DNA from: Marsupella aquatica
Taxonomy: Eukaryota; Plantae; Marchantiophyta
Length of the DNA: 64,000 nt
Direction: 5' to 3'
NCBI GenBank assembly: GCA_973895155.1
Contig: OZ316893.1
Span: 27,352,210-27,416,209, forward strand
The translations under genes were made by a program, and so were the position numbers. Under the pieces are notes generated by a model that was not told where the DNA came from, searched no databases, and saw only the letters and a list, made by a program, of their open reading frames with translations. Shown here piece by piece: positions 13,286-25,465 of the stretch. Position 1 is the stretch's first letter. Each line of letters starts with the position of its first letter.

Positions 13286-13942
13286 AATGTCATCAGTTTA
13301 CAAGACCAAAGAAAGGCCTACCTGAACCAGATTTAGGCCAAGGGTGTTCACAGTAGTCAGCAATCTCAGACCCTTCAAAACAGTGAGTACAATAAGAAAC
13401 ATTAATCATAATGTCCATCAATCCCCTCCTTCATTCTTTGACTTTTGAATACATTTGTTGAAAGTCCTCTTCAAATATATAGGCAATTTTTATTTGGGCA
13501 GGTACTAGAATAGATTCCACATCACAACATTTCATCATCCCCACACAAACCAGGATACATATGGACAAGGGCCTGAAAGGGTTTCATGTAATCTACATAA
13601 TTAAACATATAGTGTTTCTGTGCAGTAGTAAGAATGAAATACAGTCACTCAGTCTTCAAAATTATCAAAAAGGAGAAAGTTCTAAGACCCGGGTTGAAGG
13701 AGTTGTTAAGGGTGTTGACCTGGGTTTAGAAAGGCAGTACTACAAAACTTGAGAGACATTACGTGAAGTTTGCCTTGTTATGCCCAAATCCCTCAGTCAA
13801 AGGGACAACAAGAATTTTAAGACCTTGGGTGGATTTTAGGTCTTGCCTCTTAAGGTCAGTGTGATGTTTTTTAGTTCTTTTGTTATGTATCTCCATTCAG
13901 GCTCTTCATATGTTTGCCATTGACAAAACAGTCATCATACAA

Positions 13943-14389
13943 TCAGAATTGATACTGGTCTTTCTCCACTAAGTGCTGCTCTACTCTAGGGCAAACAGTC
14001 TCAACCCCTGGTCCCAAGATTGGCTCATCATGGTGGAACATTATACAGGCACACCTCCTTTCCAGTCTAATGTGTCCATCCCGCCTATATATATCCCCAG
14101 GGCGCACTCGACATTTTGGGCAAAAATCCTCACAACGATGGATACAGGCAGAGTAGCAGATCTGCTGTGGTTGTACCACTCCATTATCGACTGCCACAAT
14201 ACAAAAACCTATGGGCAAGGGTGGAGCATCCAGAGTAATGGGCCGACTATACGTGTCTCTGTGTACAGGCAAAAACTCCCATTGCACAACAGAACTGGCA
14301 GGGACCAACCTCATTCCACTCAGCTTCAGGCGTAGCCTCTCAGCTCTGCCTTCAAGGTCAGCTCCCAATCTACTGCGCGTCCTTGGCAT
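13943..14389 (-). CDS. Cys/His-rich cargo ORF of unknown function (~148 aa)
   Basis: ATG at 14389 after an AG acceptor-like site; CYSACIHRCEDFCPKC...CAC...HH. Confidence 0.4.
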   Translation of the reverse strand: MPRTRSRLGADLEGRAERLRLKLSGMRLVPASSVVQWEFLPVHRDTYSRPITLDAPPLPIGFCIVAVDNGVVQPQQICYSACIHRCEDFCPKCRVRPGDIYRRDGHIRLERRCACIMFHHDEPILGPGVETVCPRVEQHLVEKDQYQF

Positions 14390-14612
14390 TACTATAACAA
14401 ATACAAGAAGCAATAATTTATCCAACCCAAACACTCAATGAAATTCATGCAACAATTTAAGATTCAACTATTTCATACAATCAGATAGTTAGTCCATTTG
14501 AGTTTAGTCCATTAGACAGTGTAGTCCACTTCATACTATAATCAAACATTTAGTCCACTTCATGAATACTTAATACTATGTCGTGTTGTCTACACAACTG
14601 AAGGCTTATGAT

Positions 14613-15311
14613 CTATTTGAAATCATGAGGTGGCACATCAGAACCCTCTGGAATGACATGGCGATTGCAGTACACCATACGCCATGGACCAATATCCCAA
14701 GTTTCTCTACCCTTAACCCCTCTCTTCAGGTGTTTGTCTGCCTCTGGTCCTTCATCTCTGCACCACGCACGAGGGCACCTACGACACTGGATAAATTCCC
14801 AGATGCCATCCCGATACTCCTTGCACACATCACAATAATGCCTTGGGCATATCAGAGCAGCGGGATGTGCATCTGAGTTCTCTGCATAAGTTATCAGAGG
14901 CAACTCGTTCGCCCTCAATATAGTCCGCAGACAACCCACATGGTAAAAGGAATAGCAATCGTCCTGTGCACACTGAATCACAAGGGGCTCATCTGTAGTG
15001 GGTTTCACGGTTCGGCCAAGTGACCCACAAGCAAAGCAACAAGCTCGGTTCTGCTGACAGAGGTCACAGAGACACTCCTTGTCCCAATCATGCCCTCTAG
15101 AAATGGCAATGCGTGTGCACTCAGGCCCATGGCCATCAGGCTCCTCAACATCCTGCCCATCAACTAAGTAATGAAAATGTCGACTACAAGGCCCATCGCA
15201 GAACAAAACAGTACCTCCCTCATCACATTCAAAACAACAGGGGGGATCCATGCGAAGGTGCTCCTTATGGGCAAACTTGGGATCCAACCAGGCAGCAGCA
15301 GCCCGTGCCAT
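14613..15311 (-). CDS. EDM2/NSD-type tandem PHD-finger module (~232 aa) carried by CACTA-1
   Basis: CFECDEGGTVLFCDGPCSRHFH; CCFACGSLG; IQCAQDDCYSFYHVGC; CPRHYCDVC; QCRRCPRAW; WD...RMVYCNRHVI...PPHDF. The order matches the plant EDM2 PHD region as I recall it. Confidence 0.85.
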   Translation of the reverse strand: MARAAAAWLDPKFAHKEHLRMDPPCCFECDEGGTVLFCDGPCSRHFHYLVDGQDVEEPDGHGPECTRIAISRGHDWDKECLCDLCQQNRACCFACGSLGRTVKPTTDEPLVIQCAQDDCYSFYHVGCLRTILRANELPLITYAENSDAHPAALICPRHYCDVCKEYRDGIWEFIQCRRCPRAWCRDEGPEADKHLKRGVKGRETWDIGPWRMVYCNRHVIPEGSDVPPHDFK

Positions 15312-18300
15312 GCTGAAGAAAATAAAATCTGCACAATTGCCTTCAACATCACTCCAAAGTCCATTCAAAAACCAAGAGACAAACACAAAGAAGGTAAGTG
15401 AAGTGTACTTACTCACAGAGCAGTTGAGCCAGCCCCAGTCGCACCTCCAACCAGCACAGACCTGTGGTTACCACACTCATCAGTCTCCCCAATATTTATT
15501 CCCCAATTGCCCCAATATTTATTCTCAGTCTAGCCAAACCAGCCTGCAGGCCTACACCAGCTATTAAGTTTTCTCTAACGTCCCAGCTGACAAAACAGCT
15601 CAGCCTTTGTTGCACTTAAACTAGAACAGAACATACATCTGAAAACATTCTGATCATCACCTCCAAACCTTCCGCTTTAACAAACAAATCACAGCCGTCC
15701 GTACGTAGCTCTCAATCAATAAACATACAAACCCTGAGAGACACACCCTATCAAATTACTTTAGGAGAAGTAAATATACTCTACAACTGAATTCTAGGTT
15801 TGACATGATTGTATGAATTTTAATGGGTATCCTGTTCAGGAGATCATTAGTTGAAGTGTTCTAAGCAGCTCCAATTCTCAAATACGCACCTAAGGCCTTA
15901 GCAGAATTAATAATTACAGGCTTGTTGCAAAAACTATAAGGCCAGACAGGAATACCTTAAGGGTGAAAGGTTTGCGGACAATCTGTAGAGAGCAGATTGC
16001 CTACAATCAAATCGAGACGCCCATAAACCCTGCACAACCACCACACAACAATTGCACATTGCTGACAGGAAATCACATGAAAGAATGCAGTATAACCAGA
16101 AGGGAAGAAGTATAATGCTTCTAAAATTAACGGACTTTGAAGAGCATAGCAGACCTCAGACATGATTTGCCGTTTGGTTCAGACAAAAATTAATGAGACA
16201 AGAGAGACAACAAGGTACCCAAACCTTGCAGCGGGAAGGGGAAAAAGGGACGCAATGGAGGAAAGAGGAGAAGATGGGCTTTCAGAAGAGAAAACACGAC
16301 CGAGCAGGGTGAGACAAGCAAGACTTCGTCAAAGGACAGAACGCTGGAGTATGAAATCCATGATTACTCTGTTTTTAGATATATTATATTTTCAGAAGAA
16401 TAAGGAAGCAAGGCCCAGTGGATCCACACTGTCTTAAAGGTACTAGCGGGCAATATACAAACATCCAATCCCAAGCCAACAGATATAACATTTCTTGGCC
16501 AGCACAGACAGGAAGCTCGAGAGGAGCACAAAGCAAGCCGCACAGGGTGAGAGAGAGGCATGAACACAAAAACCTATACAGACCAGAACGAAAGCTCCCT
16601 TCAAGCTGGGACTCTACTCTTGGTTGATCGATGTTGCTGATACTAGCTAGTGCACTTTATTGAACTGAAAAAAACATTGACAGCATCGGGCAGCACTTGT
16701 AAGTGAAAATGAAAGCATTAAGAAGCAACAGTAGTCTCAGGGATTGAGGTGGGGTTTTAGGTAGCTTTGGCGCAGAAAAAAGTAAGGAGGGAATGCTAGG
16801 CATTTCCTAAGACCAATAGCCCAATCAAGGTGATCAGAGCAATAAGTAAAATACAAACGGGGATGCAAAGCAAATGGCAAAGGCATGACAAGAGAAAAGG
16901 GAATGGCCAAGGCATGACCACACGCAGCTCAAAGCCAAAGCAGAAATTCCAGAGCAAAGTCAAGAAGGACCAAAAATGATGTAGCGGTACACACCAGATC
17001 ACCCCAGATCACCCCAGATGCCTTCTACTTTTCCAGTTCCGCTGATGCAGACCCTAATGTCGAGCCCTCGCGCCTGCACACTTGATACCCCCGATCAATT
17101 TCATACCATCACAAACGAGTACCGTATGCAATGTTCAAGAAGATGTTGCATCTGCAACCCAGGTCGAGACCATTTTCAGGGAGCGCAGACGACAGCACAT
17201 GTTGATTCGACAGATAAGGGAGCAACATTGAAAGAAAAGCAAGCTGCATATTGAAGACTTAACATTGAAAGCTACCGTGGGAATACTCACAAATCAGCTG
17301 CCAGCGGCCTCCAGTGCAATGCCTCCCACCACCTCCACGTTCTCCTTCAAAGCCACGCTAAGGTCGACGCTACACACTACACTCACAGGAGAGAGATCGA
17401 TCAAGGCAAAAATGCAAATCCGCAACCTTAGAGTACACTGTATGGAGAAAAAGAGCAATAGGGGAAGAAAAGCAAGGGAAGCAGACACAAAAGCATTAAG
17501 CAAAAGACAAACGGGGATGCCAAGCAGAAAGCATGATAGGAGAGAAGCAAATGGTTGAGGCATGACAAGACGCAGCTCAAAGCCAAAACAAAGAAGGCAT
17601 ACATACCTTCAACCGGAAACTCTCTTTAAGCTCAAACACACAGAAGTTGCAGCAACTCGCAGCTTCCCCTAGCACTCGATCACACCAACTCACAGCAATC
17701 TGTAGTTGCTCGCAGCAGTTTGCAGCAAGTCCCTAAACTCCCAACAGCTTGCAGCTCCCACCAACACCTCTTAGCAGCTCCCAGCGAGTCCAACAGCGCA
17801 CCAGGAAATCTCCTGAGGAATGCAGGTCCGAGCTCGAGCTCGATCGTCAACAACTTACAGTGAAGCAAGGAACTTCCTTCACAGTCCTAAGGTGCAACTC
17901 GCGACTCTATTCTTGCTGCTTCGATCACAAAAGGTCCTTTCAGGTGAGCGCCCCTCCTTCCTGGTCGCCGTTGCACTGATTGCTGGCAGCTAGAGTTCCC
18001 TTCCACAATGACGGGAGTGTGCGTGTGCTTGAGGTGATCAGCGATGGTGGGCGGTACATAAGGGCAGCAGTAGGGAGTTCCCCCAAGAGTTACGAGCCTT
18101 TCAGAAATCACGATGGCAGCAGCAAGTAGGAACGTAGGAGCTCGGTCCTAGGGCAGCTTCCCACTGCCCACAATAACAAAGTGCGACCCTCCTCCTCCAC
18201 CCTAAACCGTAGTCCCAAGTTGCAGCTGAACTCCACAGCATCCGATTAGAAGGCCAGACTAAACTCCCGAGTTGATGAGTGAGTAAGTGCACTCTGCGTC

Positions 18301-19099
18301 GCGACGATAAACCCTTCGACAAACTACGCAAAGGAGCAGGAAAACCTCAACATTCGATAAGCTCTTCGCAAAGTTCTTTGTGAAACAGGGAATCCAATGA
18401 GCCGGGTGCTTCCAGCAGTTCCTGCCAGTGACAAAGGCAAGGGCCGGGGGATTGAGGGGATGACATGTGGACGATGGAGATTGCATCCAATTGCGACTAT
18501 GAACGGGAAACTTCAACGGTCCAAGTGAAGGGGTTACTAGGGCCTTATTCCCCCCATAAAGGACTTAATTAAGTTTGTGATGTCATTAGGGAGTGGAAAA
18601 GGACTTTGCACCACCCATAACTATTTTTCTCCCCCAAAAGTGCAAAAATTACTAACACACCCTCTAGAGAAAAACAATTCCAAGAAGCCCCTTTGGGCAA
18701 TCCATCAGCCATAAAGCATCTCAAATAATTGAAATGTGTGGCTAAGTTAACAGGAGGAGTTAATTGGCAGCCTAAATGATATTTGGCGGTACCTTAACGG
18801 AGTTCTGGGCGTAATTTAGCAAAAGACATAATCTGCAATTTGGGCCCCTTTTTTCTTAACTGAAATGATGGAAACTTGGTACGGAGCAGTACAATAAATC
18901 ATCTAAATGAGAACTTACTCCAGAATATCTAACATAGATATAGTCAAGTGTGTTTGGTATACTAAGGGACCAAAAGCTATCGTGACTCTTTTGCCCTCAT
19001 GACATATATGCAATGGTATGACCCCCATAAAGTGAAGTCTGCCCATATAATGACTCCAACATGGAAACAAAGTAACATAGACCAGATTAGGGTCCAGGG

Positions 19100-21260
19100 T
19101 TGAAGTGTACCCTATCCCGCACCATGTGGAGTGGGTAGCATCCCTAATGGCGGGCTACAATCATAAATATTGCCAATCACCCCCAGGAGGCCCCAAAGAG
19201 TCATATTCTCCATGGCATGCATGACTGCAATAGTGACATCATGAATGACTTATTTTTGTGTCATTTGAATGAATGACATCTCCCGGCACTCCCTAAATGA
19301 CAAAAACCTTTAGTCATGCATAGTAATGACTCAAGATCCCTTACAAATGACCAAATGGGAGTGGTTTGCACTCCTTTGGACAAATGACTCCAAAGTCATA
19401 CAACTTGGGAGTGTTTTGCCCAAAGTTGGGTGATGCCCTTCCATGATGCAAAATGTGTGCTTTAAAAAGTGTTGTGGAGGCCAAGTGGCATAACTAGTGG
19501 CTCAGGGTGTACAAATACCCCATCCGCACCATGTGGAGTGGGTAGCATCCCTAATGGCCGGCTAAGATCATGTATATTGCGAATAAGCCCCAAAGGCCCC
19601 AAGGAGTCATATTGTCCATGGCATGCTTGACTGCCACATTGACATCATCAATGACTCATATTTGTGTCATTTGCTTAAATGACACCCCTCGGCACTCCAC
19701 AAATGACAAAAACCTTCAATCACATGCACAAATGACTCAAGATCCCTTACAAATGACCAAATGGGAGTGGTTTGCACTCCTTTGGACAAATGACTCCAAA
19801 GTCATACAACTTGGGAGTGTTTTGCCCAAAGTTGGGTGATGCCGTTCCGGTCAATTGCAAGCTTGAGGGGGGCAAAAAGGATATCCAATTTCTTCACCAA
19901 AAGGATTCTAGTCCTTCCCAATTTACAAGGGGTGGACAAGGTGTTACACCAAATGGCTAGGATTAGTTTGTTGAGATTGGATGGTGAGATCTTGCATGCC
20001 AAGTCTTTGGAAGTGTGTCCAGGCTTTTAGGAAGTCCCAATCTTCTTGGAAGTGTGCACAACAATTTTGGAAGTGTGTCAAACCTTTATGGAAGTGGTGT
20101 TCAACTAAATCTTTATGATCTTTGAGTCCTTTTTCTCTCCTTTTTGAGCTAATCCTTTTTGCATCCTTTTGCCCCCCTCAATCTTGCAATTGACCTTCCA
20201 TGATGCAAAATGTGTGCTTTAAAAAGTGTTGTGGAGGCCAAGTGGCATAACTAGTGGCTTAGGGTGTACAAGTACCCCATCCCGCACCATGTGGAGTGGG
20301 TAGCATCCCTAATGGCCGGCTACGATCACGTATATTGCGAATAAGCCCCCAAAGGCCCCCAGGAGTCATATTGTCCATGGCATGCTTGACTGCCGCATTG
20401 ACATCATCAATGACTCATATTTGTGTCATTTGCTTAAATGACACCCCTCAGCACTCCACAAATGACAAAAACCTTTAGTCAAGTGCACAAATGACTCTAT
20501 ATCCCTTGCAAATGACAAAATGCGAGTGGTTTGCACCCCTTTGGGCAAATGACTCCAAAGTCATACAACTTGGGAGTGTTTTGCCCAAAGTTGGGCCACG
20601 CCCTTCCAAGGTGAAAAAATTGGGTCATAAAAACTATTGCGAGGCCAAATTGAGATAACTAGTGGCCCAGAGTTTAGGTGTACCCTACCCCGCACCATGT
20701 GGAGTGGGTAGCATCCCTAATGCTGGGCTACAATCATGGATATAGCCAATTGACCCCCAGAGGCCCCAAAGAGTCATATTGTCCATGGCATGCATGACTG
20801 CAACAATGACATCATGAATGACCCATTTTTGTGTCATTTACATGAATGATGTCTCCCAGCACTTCCTAAATGACACAAACCCTTAGTCACGTGCACAAAT
20901 GACTCTAGATCCCTTGCCAATGACTCACAATAGTGGTTTGCACCCCTTTGGGCAAATGACTCCAAAGTCATACAACTTGGGAGTGTTTTGCCCAAAGTTG
21001 GGTGATGCCCTTCCATGATGCAAAAGGTGTGTTTTAAAAAGTGTTGTGGAGGCCAAATGGCATAACCAGTGGCCCAGGTTTGTCAAGTACCCTATCCCGC
21101 ACCATGTGAAGTGGGTATCATCCTTAATGGCCGGCCCCTATCACCAATGGGGTCAATCAGCCACCAAAGGGTCTTAAGAGTCATATTCTGCATGGCATAC
21201 ATGACCACAACATTGACATCCCAAATGGCATTTGCATAAATGACATCTAGCGGCACTTGT
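19100..21260. repeat. Five tandem ~410-bp subterminal repeats of CACTA-1
   Basis: Marker ccgcaccatgtggagtgggtagcatccctaatg recurs at ~19117, 19524, 20282, 20690 and 21097. Confidence 0.92.
19849..20195. mobile_element. 347-bp MITE with ~33-bp TIRs (GGTCAATTGCAAG.TTGAGGGGGGCAAAA) and 4-bp TSD TTCC
   Basis: TIRs read at both ends; TTCC at 19845-19848 and 20196-20199. Sibling repeat copies show the empty site gatgcccttccatgatgc. Confidence 0.92.
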
Positions 21261-22292
21261 CAAATGACTAGAAAGTTGAGTGAGAGCAAAAATGATTGGG
21301 AATCCTTTGCAAATAACATGAATAATATATTGGAAAAAATGACATGAGCAAATATAGGCATGTAGTATCTAAATTCTAAACCTTAAACCCTAGACCTATG
21401 CCCGAGAGTGTTATTTGGCAACCTTGCATGCCCCCATATATACTCCAACATGTGAAATGTGAATACAGCTTAAGGAATGTAAACACTTCAGGAGTCCTTG
21501 GCATATATAGGAAAGATGTAATAAATGGGTGCAAGTATATATAAATATACATACTTATTAGAGATTATCAAGCCTTTAAGTTGTACATCAATTTAATGAT
21601 GAGACTCACAACAAAAGAAGGCTTGTTAGGTCTCTAAATGTATTTCAAATCTAATATGTGAGTGCCACTAGTCTTTATATATACTACCATACGTTTTGGA
21701 TGACTAATCATACCCTAAACCCTAAAACATATACTAAACCATAAACCTCAAAATAGTCATATGTTGTTTATCATGTCATTTATCACTTTTGGTTTAAATG
21801 ACTACTAACATTTTTAAACACTGATATTTGCATATTTGATTTATTAGTCATTAGTCACCGTCGTCTGAAATGACTTCCCATATGTGAAACACTGATATGA
21901 CAGAGTTTTTGTTAATTGTGTCATTCACAAAGACTGTCCAAAATGACTACAACTCATGATTGCTGTCATTATAGCAGTCAAAGTCATTTGGCTCATTGGT
22001 TTAAATGACACTATTACAAGTATTAGTCATTTTTTGCACCCCGTCATTTTGGACAGTCATTTCAATGTCATTTATGTCATGTCATTTACATATTTTGTCA
22101 TTTGAGCACATAAGTCATATGTGTCATAGTCATAAAAGGCCCCATTTTCTACTAGTGCAAGGCTTTCTATTAATGATTGAGAACCTTGATAAACATATCT
22201 CTATTTGAGGTTTGAAATGCAATTGGCGATACATGTATCGGATGTAGCATTCCCAACAACATTCCTACCTATCTGCACTTTTCCAACTCTAA

Positions 22293-24782
22293 CTAGTCAC
22301 AGTCATCTGCATCAATGATTTCCGTGTCGAGCATTGCTGCTTGGATGATTCGCTTTGTTTGTACTGGAAGCGTGTTGTTTGAGAGCAGTGCAAAATTATA
22401 TGCATAAATTGCAGTTTCTGAGAGGCACAATGTGTCCTCAAGTAACTTGTTAGAGGATGCAGCTTTTTCAGGGTAATATTGACCTTCCATAGCAGACCCT
22501 TCTTGAGAATCCATTGTATACCATACAATTTTGATGTTCTCTGGAACATCTTGTACTTTGGATAGAATATCTATGACTTTTGCCATCCAAAATGGTCTGC
22601 TGTTTGGATCCCTATATGCAGCCACGCAAATCATTGCATATTTAGTGTTCACTTCAAGATCTTTGAAGTCTCCCTCAACTGCTTTCTTCTTCCTTGTTCC
22701 AGAGTACATGACTGTTGTTGCACCTGCAATTTTATCTAGCAAGGCTGGCTCTATTTGTGGGGGAAGTGCATTTCTTGGAGTCTCTACTCCAATATTTGAT
22801 TTTGGCCACGTCCAATCAAAAACCCATTGTCCTGCCTTCAAGTGGTGTTTAATCACTTCTTTCTGGTTGTCAAAGAAACGGAGCCACCAAAGTTTATCCT
22901 CATCATCAAAGTAATTGAATCCATCTTCAATTGATTTGCGATATTTCTCCAGGACTGCAACATGGTTGCAGAGAAGATGCTCGTCTCCATTGCCTCCGTC
23001 ATCATGTTCATCATTCTCCACTGTTGCTCCGGTTGTAGATTTCAATGCCATTTGTGCAGCAACCCACATGGTAGATGTGGGGATGTATCTAAGGAACTCC
23101 ACTGCTTCTCCCCAACTTTGAGTGCTAGAAAGATGCTTTGCATGAACCAAAGTCGAAGTTCCATTCTCTCCTACAACCCTCTTCATCCTAAATTGCTTTT
23201 GACCACTAATACCATGTAGAGGACACAAAACATGCCCAATACCTCCCATGTCATTGGGTTGGTCTTTATCCGACACAAACTTCTTGAAATCAGCAACCTC
23301 TTCAACAAAAATTATCTCAGCCTTTGGATTGTACGAATCCTTGAGAATGTCTGCAAGACTATCCACCCGAAAAGCTTTTCGCTTATTTAATTTTGAGGAG
23401 AACTTGCTGAACATTTGGTCAATCTGATCATGGGTATGTCCAACCAAAAGAAAACCAACTTTGATCTTTTGGAAAACCCTCATCTCAACAAGCATATTCA
23501 AATATGCCATGAGAAATTTATTTTTATTTTCTCGAGGTGTATTATCAAGTTGTAGATACAACACTGGAGGGAGTGGACCTTCCCAACTATTTAAAATATG
23601 TTGGATCACATGCACTGTCAAGTTGGTGTCATTGTGAATGTTTGGATAATTCAAAAACACTTTTGATGTCAAATGTCCATTGAACACCAAACAACCCACC
23701 ACATGTACCGGAATAAAGTACTTCTCGTCCATGTTTTTGGGGCACCTAGTGAAATGTGGCAACTTAGTCTTTTTTTGATCCATACCATCAATGCAGATCC
23801 CCAAATATTTTTCTGGACTCTTATAGCACTTGCTTCGGTGCTTTGCTAATTTCTCCCTCTCAACTCCTTGTGCTTTCCGATGTTGGTTCAAAAGTGTTGA
23901 ATATTTTCCTGTCAAATGAACGTCAATGTTTTTGTCAATAATAACCGCATCGCCAAACCAAACAAGTAAATAATGTAGTACTTAACATCAATTCTTTACT
24001 TATTTAAAGGTAGACACAACTTACGTTTTTCTGCTTCAAGTACTGCTTTGTCGCGAAGTGCTTTGAACTCTGTGCAAGGACCGCATGTGGAGAAGCGACT
24101 CTTTTTTGGAATACGCACCCTGGGGAACTCTTTGTTCCAGATGCGAACAAACCAAGAATATGTGATCTCGGTTTCCTTCCGCACCATAGTATCAGTCTTG
24201 AAAGCATCAAATACTTCAGCTTTCGTCCAATTGTCTGGTAAGTGGAAGATGTCCTTGTTTGGAAGACTTTCAACATTTGACATGAAAAACTCATTCAACC
24301 ATTGAACTAGTGAAAGATGAGTAACCGATTTTTCCTTGCAAAATGTGTCATTTTGAATACGAGAAAACGTATTCCTTGAGATTCTCTACAACCGATTATT
24401 TCCAACGAAAAATAATTTCTTGAAACCTTCTCGACAAAAAGATCTCCCGTCAACAATGTAACCGGTTGGACCACCGTGCCCACTTTTCAAACAGCCCCTT
24501 AGAAGTATGTTCTTCTCGGTCGATGATAAGCCATAATAGAAGGTCCGGTGTTTTGTCACTAAATCTAGACCAAAATATCTCAAACACAAATTATCACAAC
24601 ATGGGTACTTAAAAACTTCTTTCATTTTTTTTTGTCTTTAAATTTTGATTTGTAACATTATCTTTCCTCACAAGCTTGTCTCTCACTTTCTTGCTAAGCT
24701 CCTTTTGTTTCTCCATACTGTGAAATCCATGGAGTGAATTTTCACTCTCTTGTCTCTTTGCAACTTCCAGAATAGAGCCATT
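22293..24782 (-). pseudogene. DUF7869/Sola-like RNase-H-fold transposase A, catalytic 3' part
   Basis: PCCDNLC; SFCREGF; FSTCGPC; CIDGMDQ; LYLQLDNTPRENKN; FLLVGHTHDQIDQMFS; C-terminal PFWMAKV..IKIVWY. Frameshift in the T-run ~24630, stop at 24386, intron 24024-23909. Confidence 0.8.
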
Positions 24783-25465
24783 CACTACAACACTACCCAC
24801 ACCTTTTGCGAACTTGAAAGCATCGCAAACAACAAAGGAAATCAAAAAACAAAACTCGCCTTTGCGAAGTATCGCGCATCGCAATAGAATCGCAAACTGC
24901 GAAGCCCAAAGGTTCGCATCCGGTCTTTCGCAAGACCTTCGCAACGCCTTCGCAACTTGCGACACTAATAGAATCGCAAAGGACTCACATTTAAGCGACT
25001 CCGTGGGCGTCGCGAGAGGCTTGCGATAATAATCAAGCAGTTAAATATTTGCAATCCCAGAAGTTTGGTAATCGGTTTGCGATATTAAGTTAATGGTAGT
25101 TATGCCATGAACATGGCTTCGCATTTTTGTGAACGTATGTGGTTTGCATAATGTTTGCGATACCTTCAATATGGTAAATATGCGAATTGGGTTGTTCGCA
25201 TAGGTTTCGCAAGATGTCTTGAGGCTAGGGTTTAGATTTAGAGTTTTGAATTATGGTTGGGGTCTTGTCGTCCAACACGGAGAGTGAGGTCTGAATCAAA
25301 ATTGCTTTATAGAAAATTGATAGGTACACAAAAATTAGGGTTTCCTAAACCCTAAACCCTAGATGGGTGTCATATGACAAGCTAGGTCCCTATAAGACTA
25401 CCCATATCAAAACTATATACTACACTAAGTAAATGGGCATCCCATAGGCACTACACCACCAAGCT

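Larger units (their letters stand above)
5520..22157 (-). mobile_element. CACTA (En/Spm) DNA transposon, CACTA-1, 16.6 kb
   Basis: Termini CACTAGTGGAAAAT (5520) and ATTTTCTACTAGTG (22157). 3-bp TSD CAA at 5517-5519 and 22158-22160. ATGAC/GTCAT-rich subterminal repeats; TnpD and TnpA genes inside. Confidence 0.97.

Noticed and set aside
15900-18600. Many short ORFs and a ~90-bp duplication (about 16850 and 17505) inside CACTA-1
   Set aside because: No recognisable motifs; likely UTR, intron or filler sequence.
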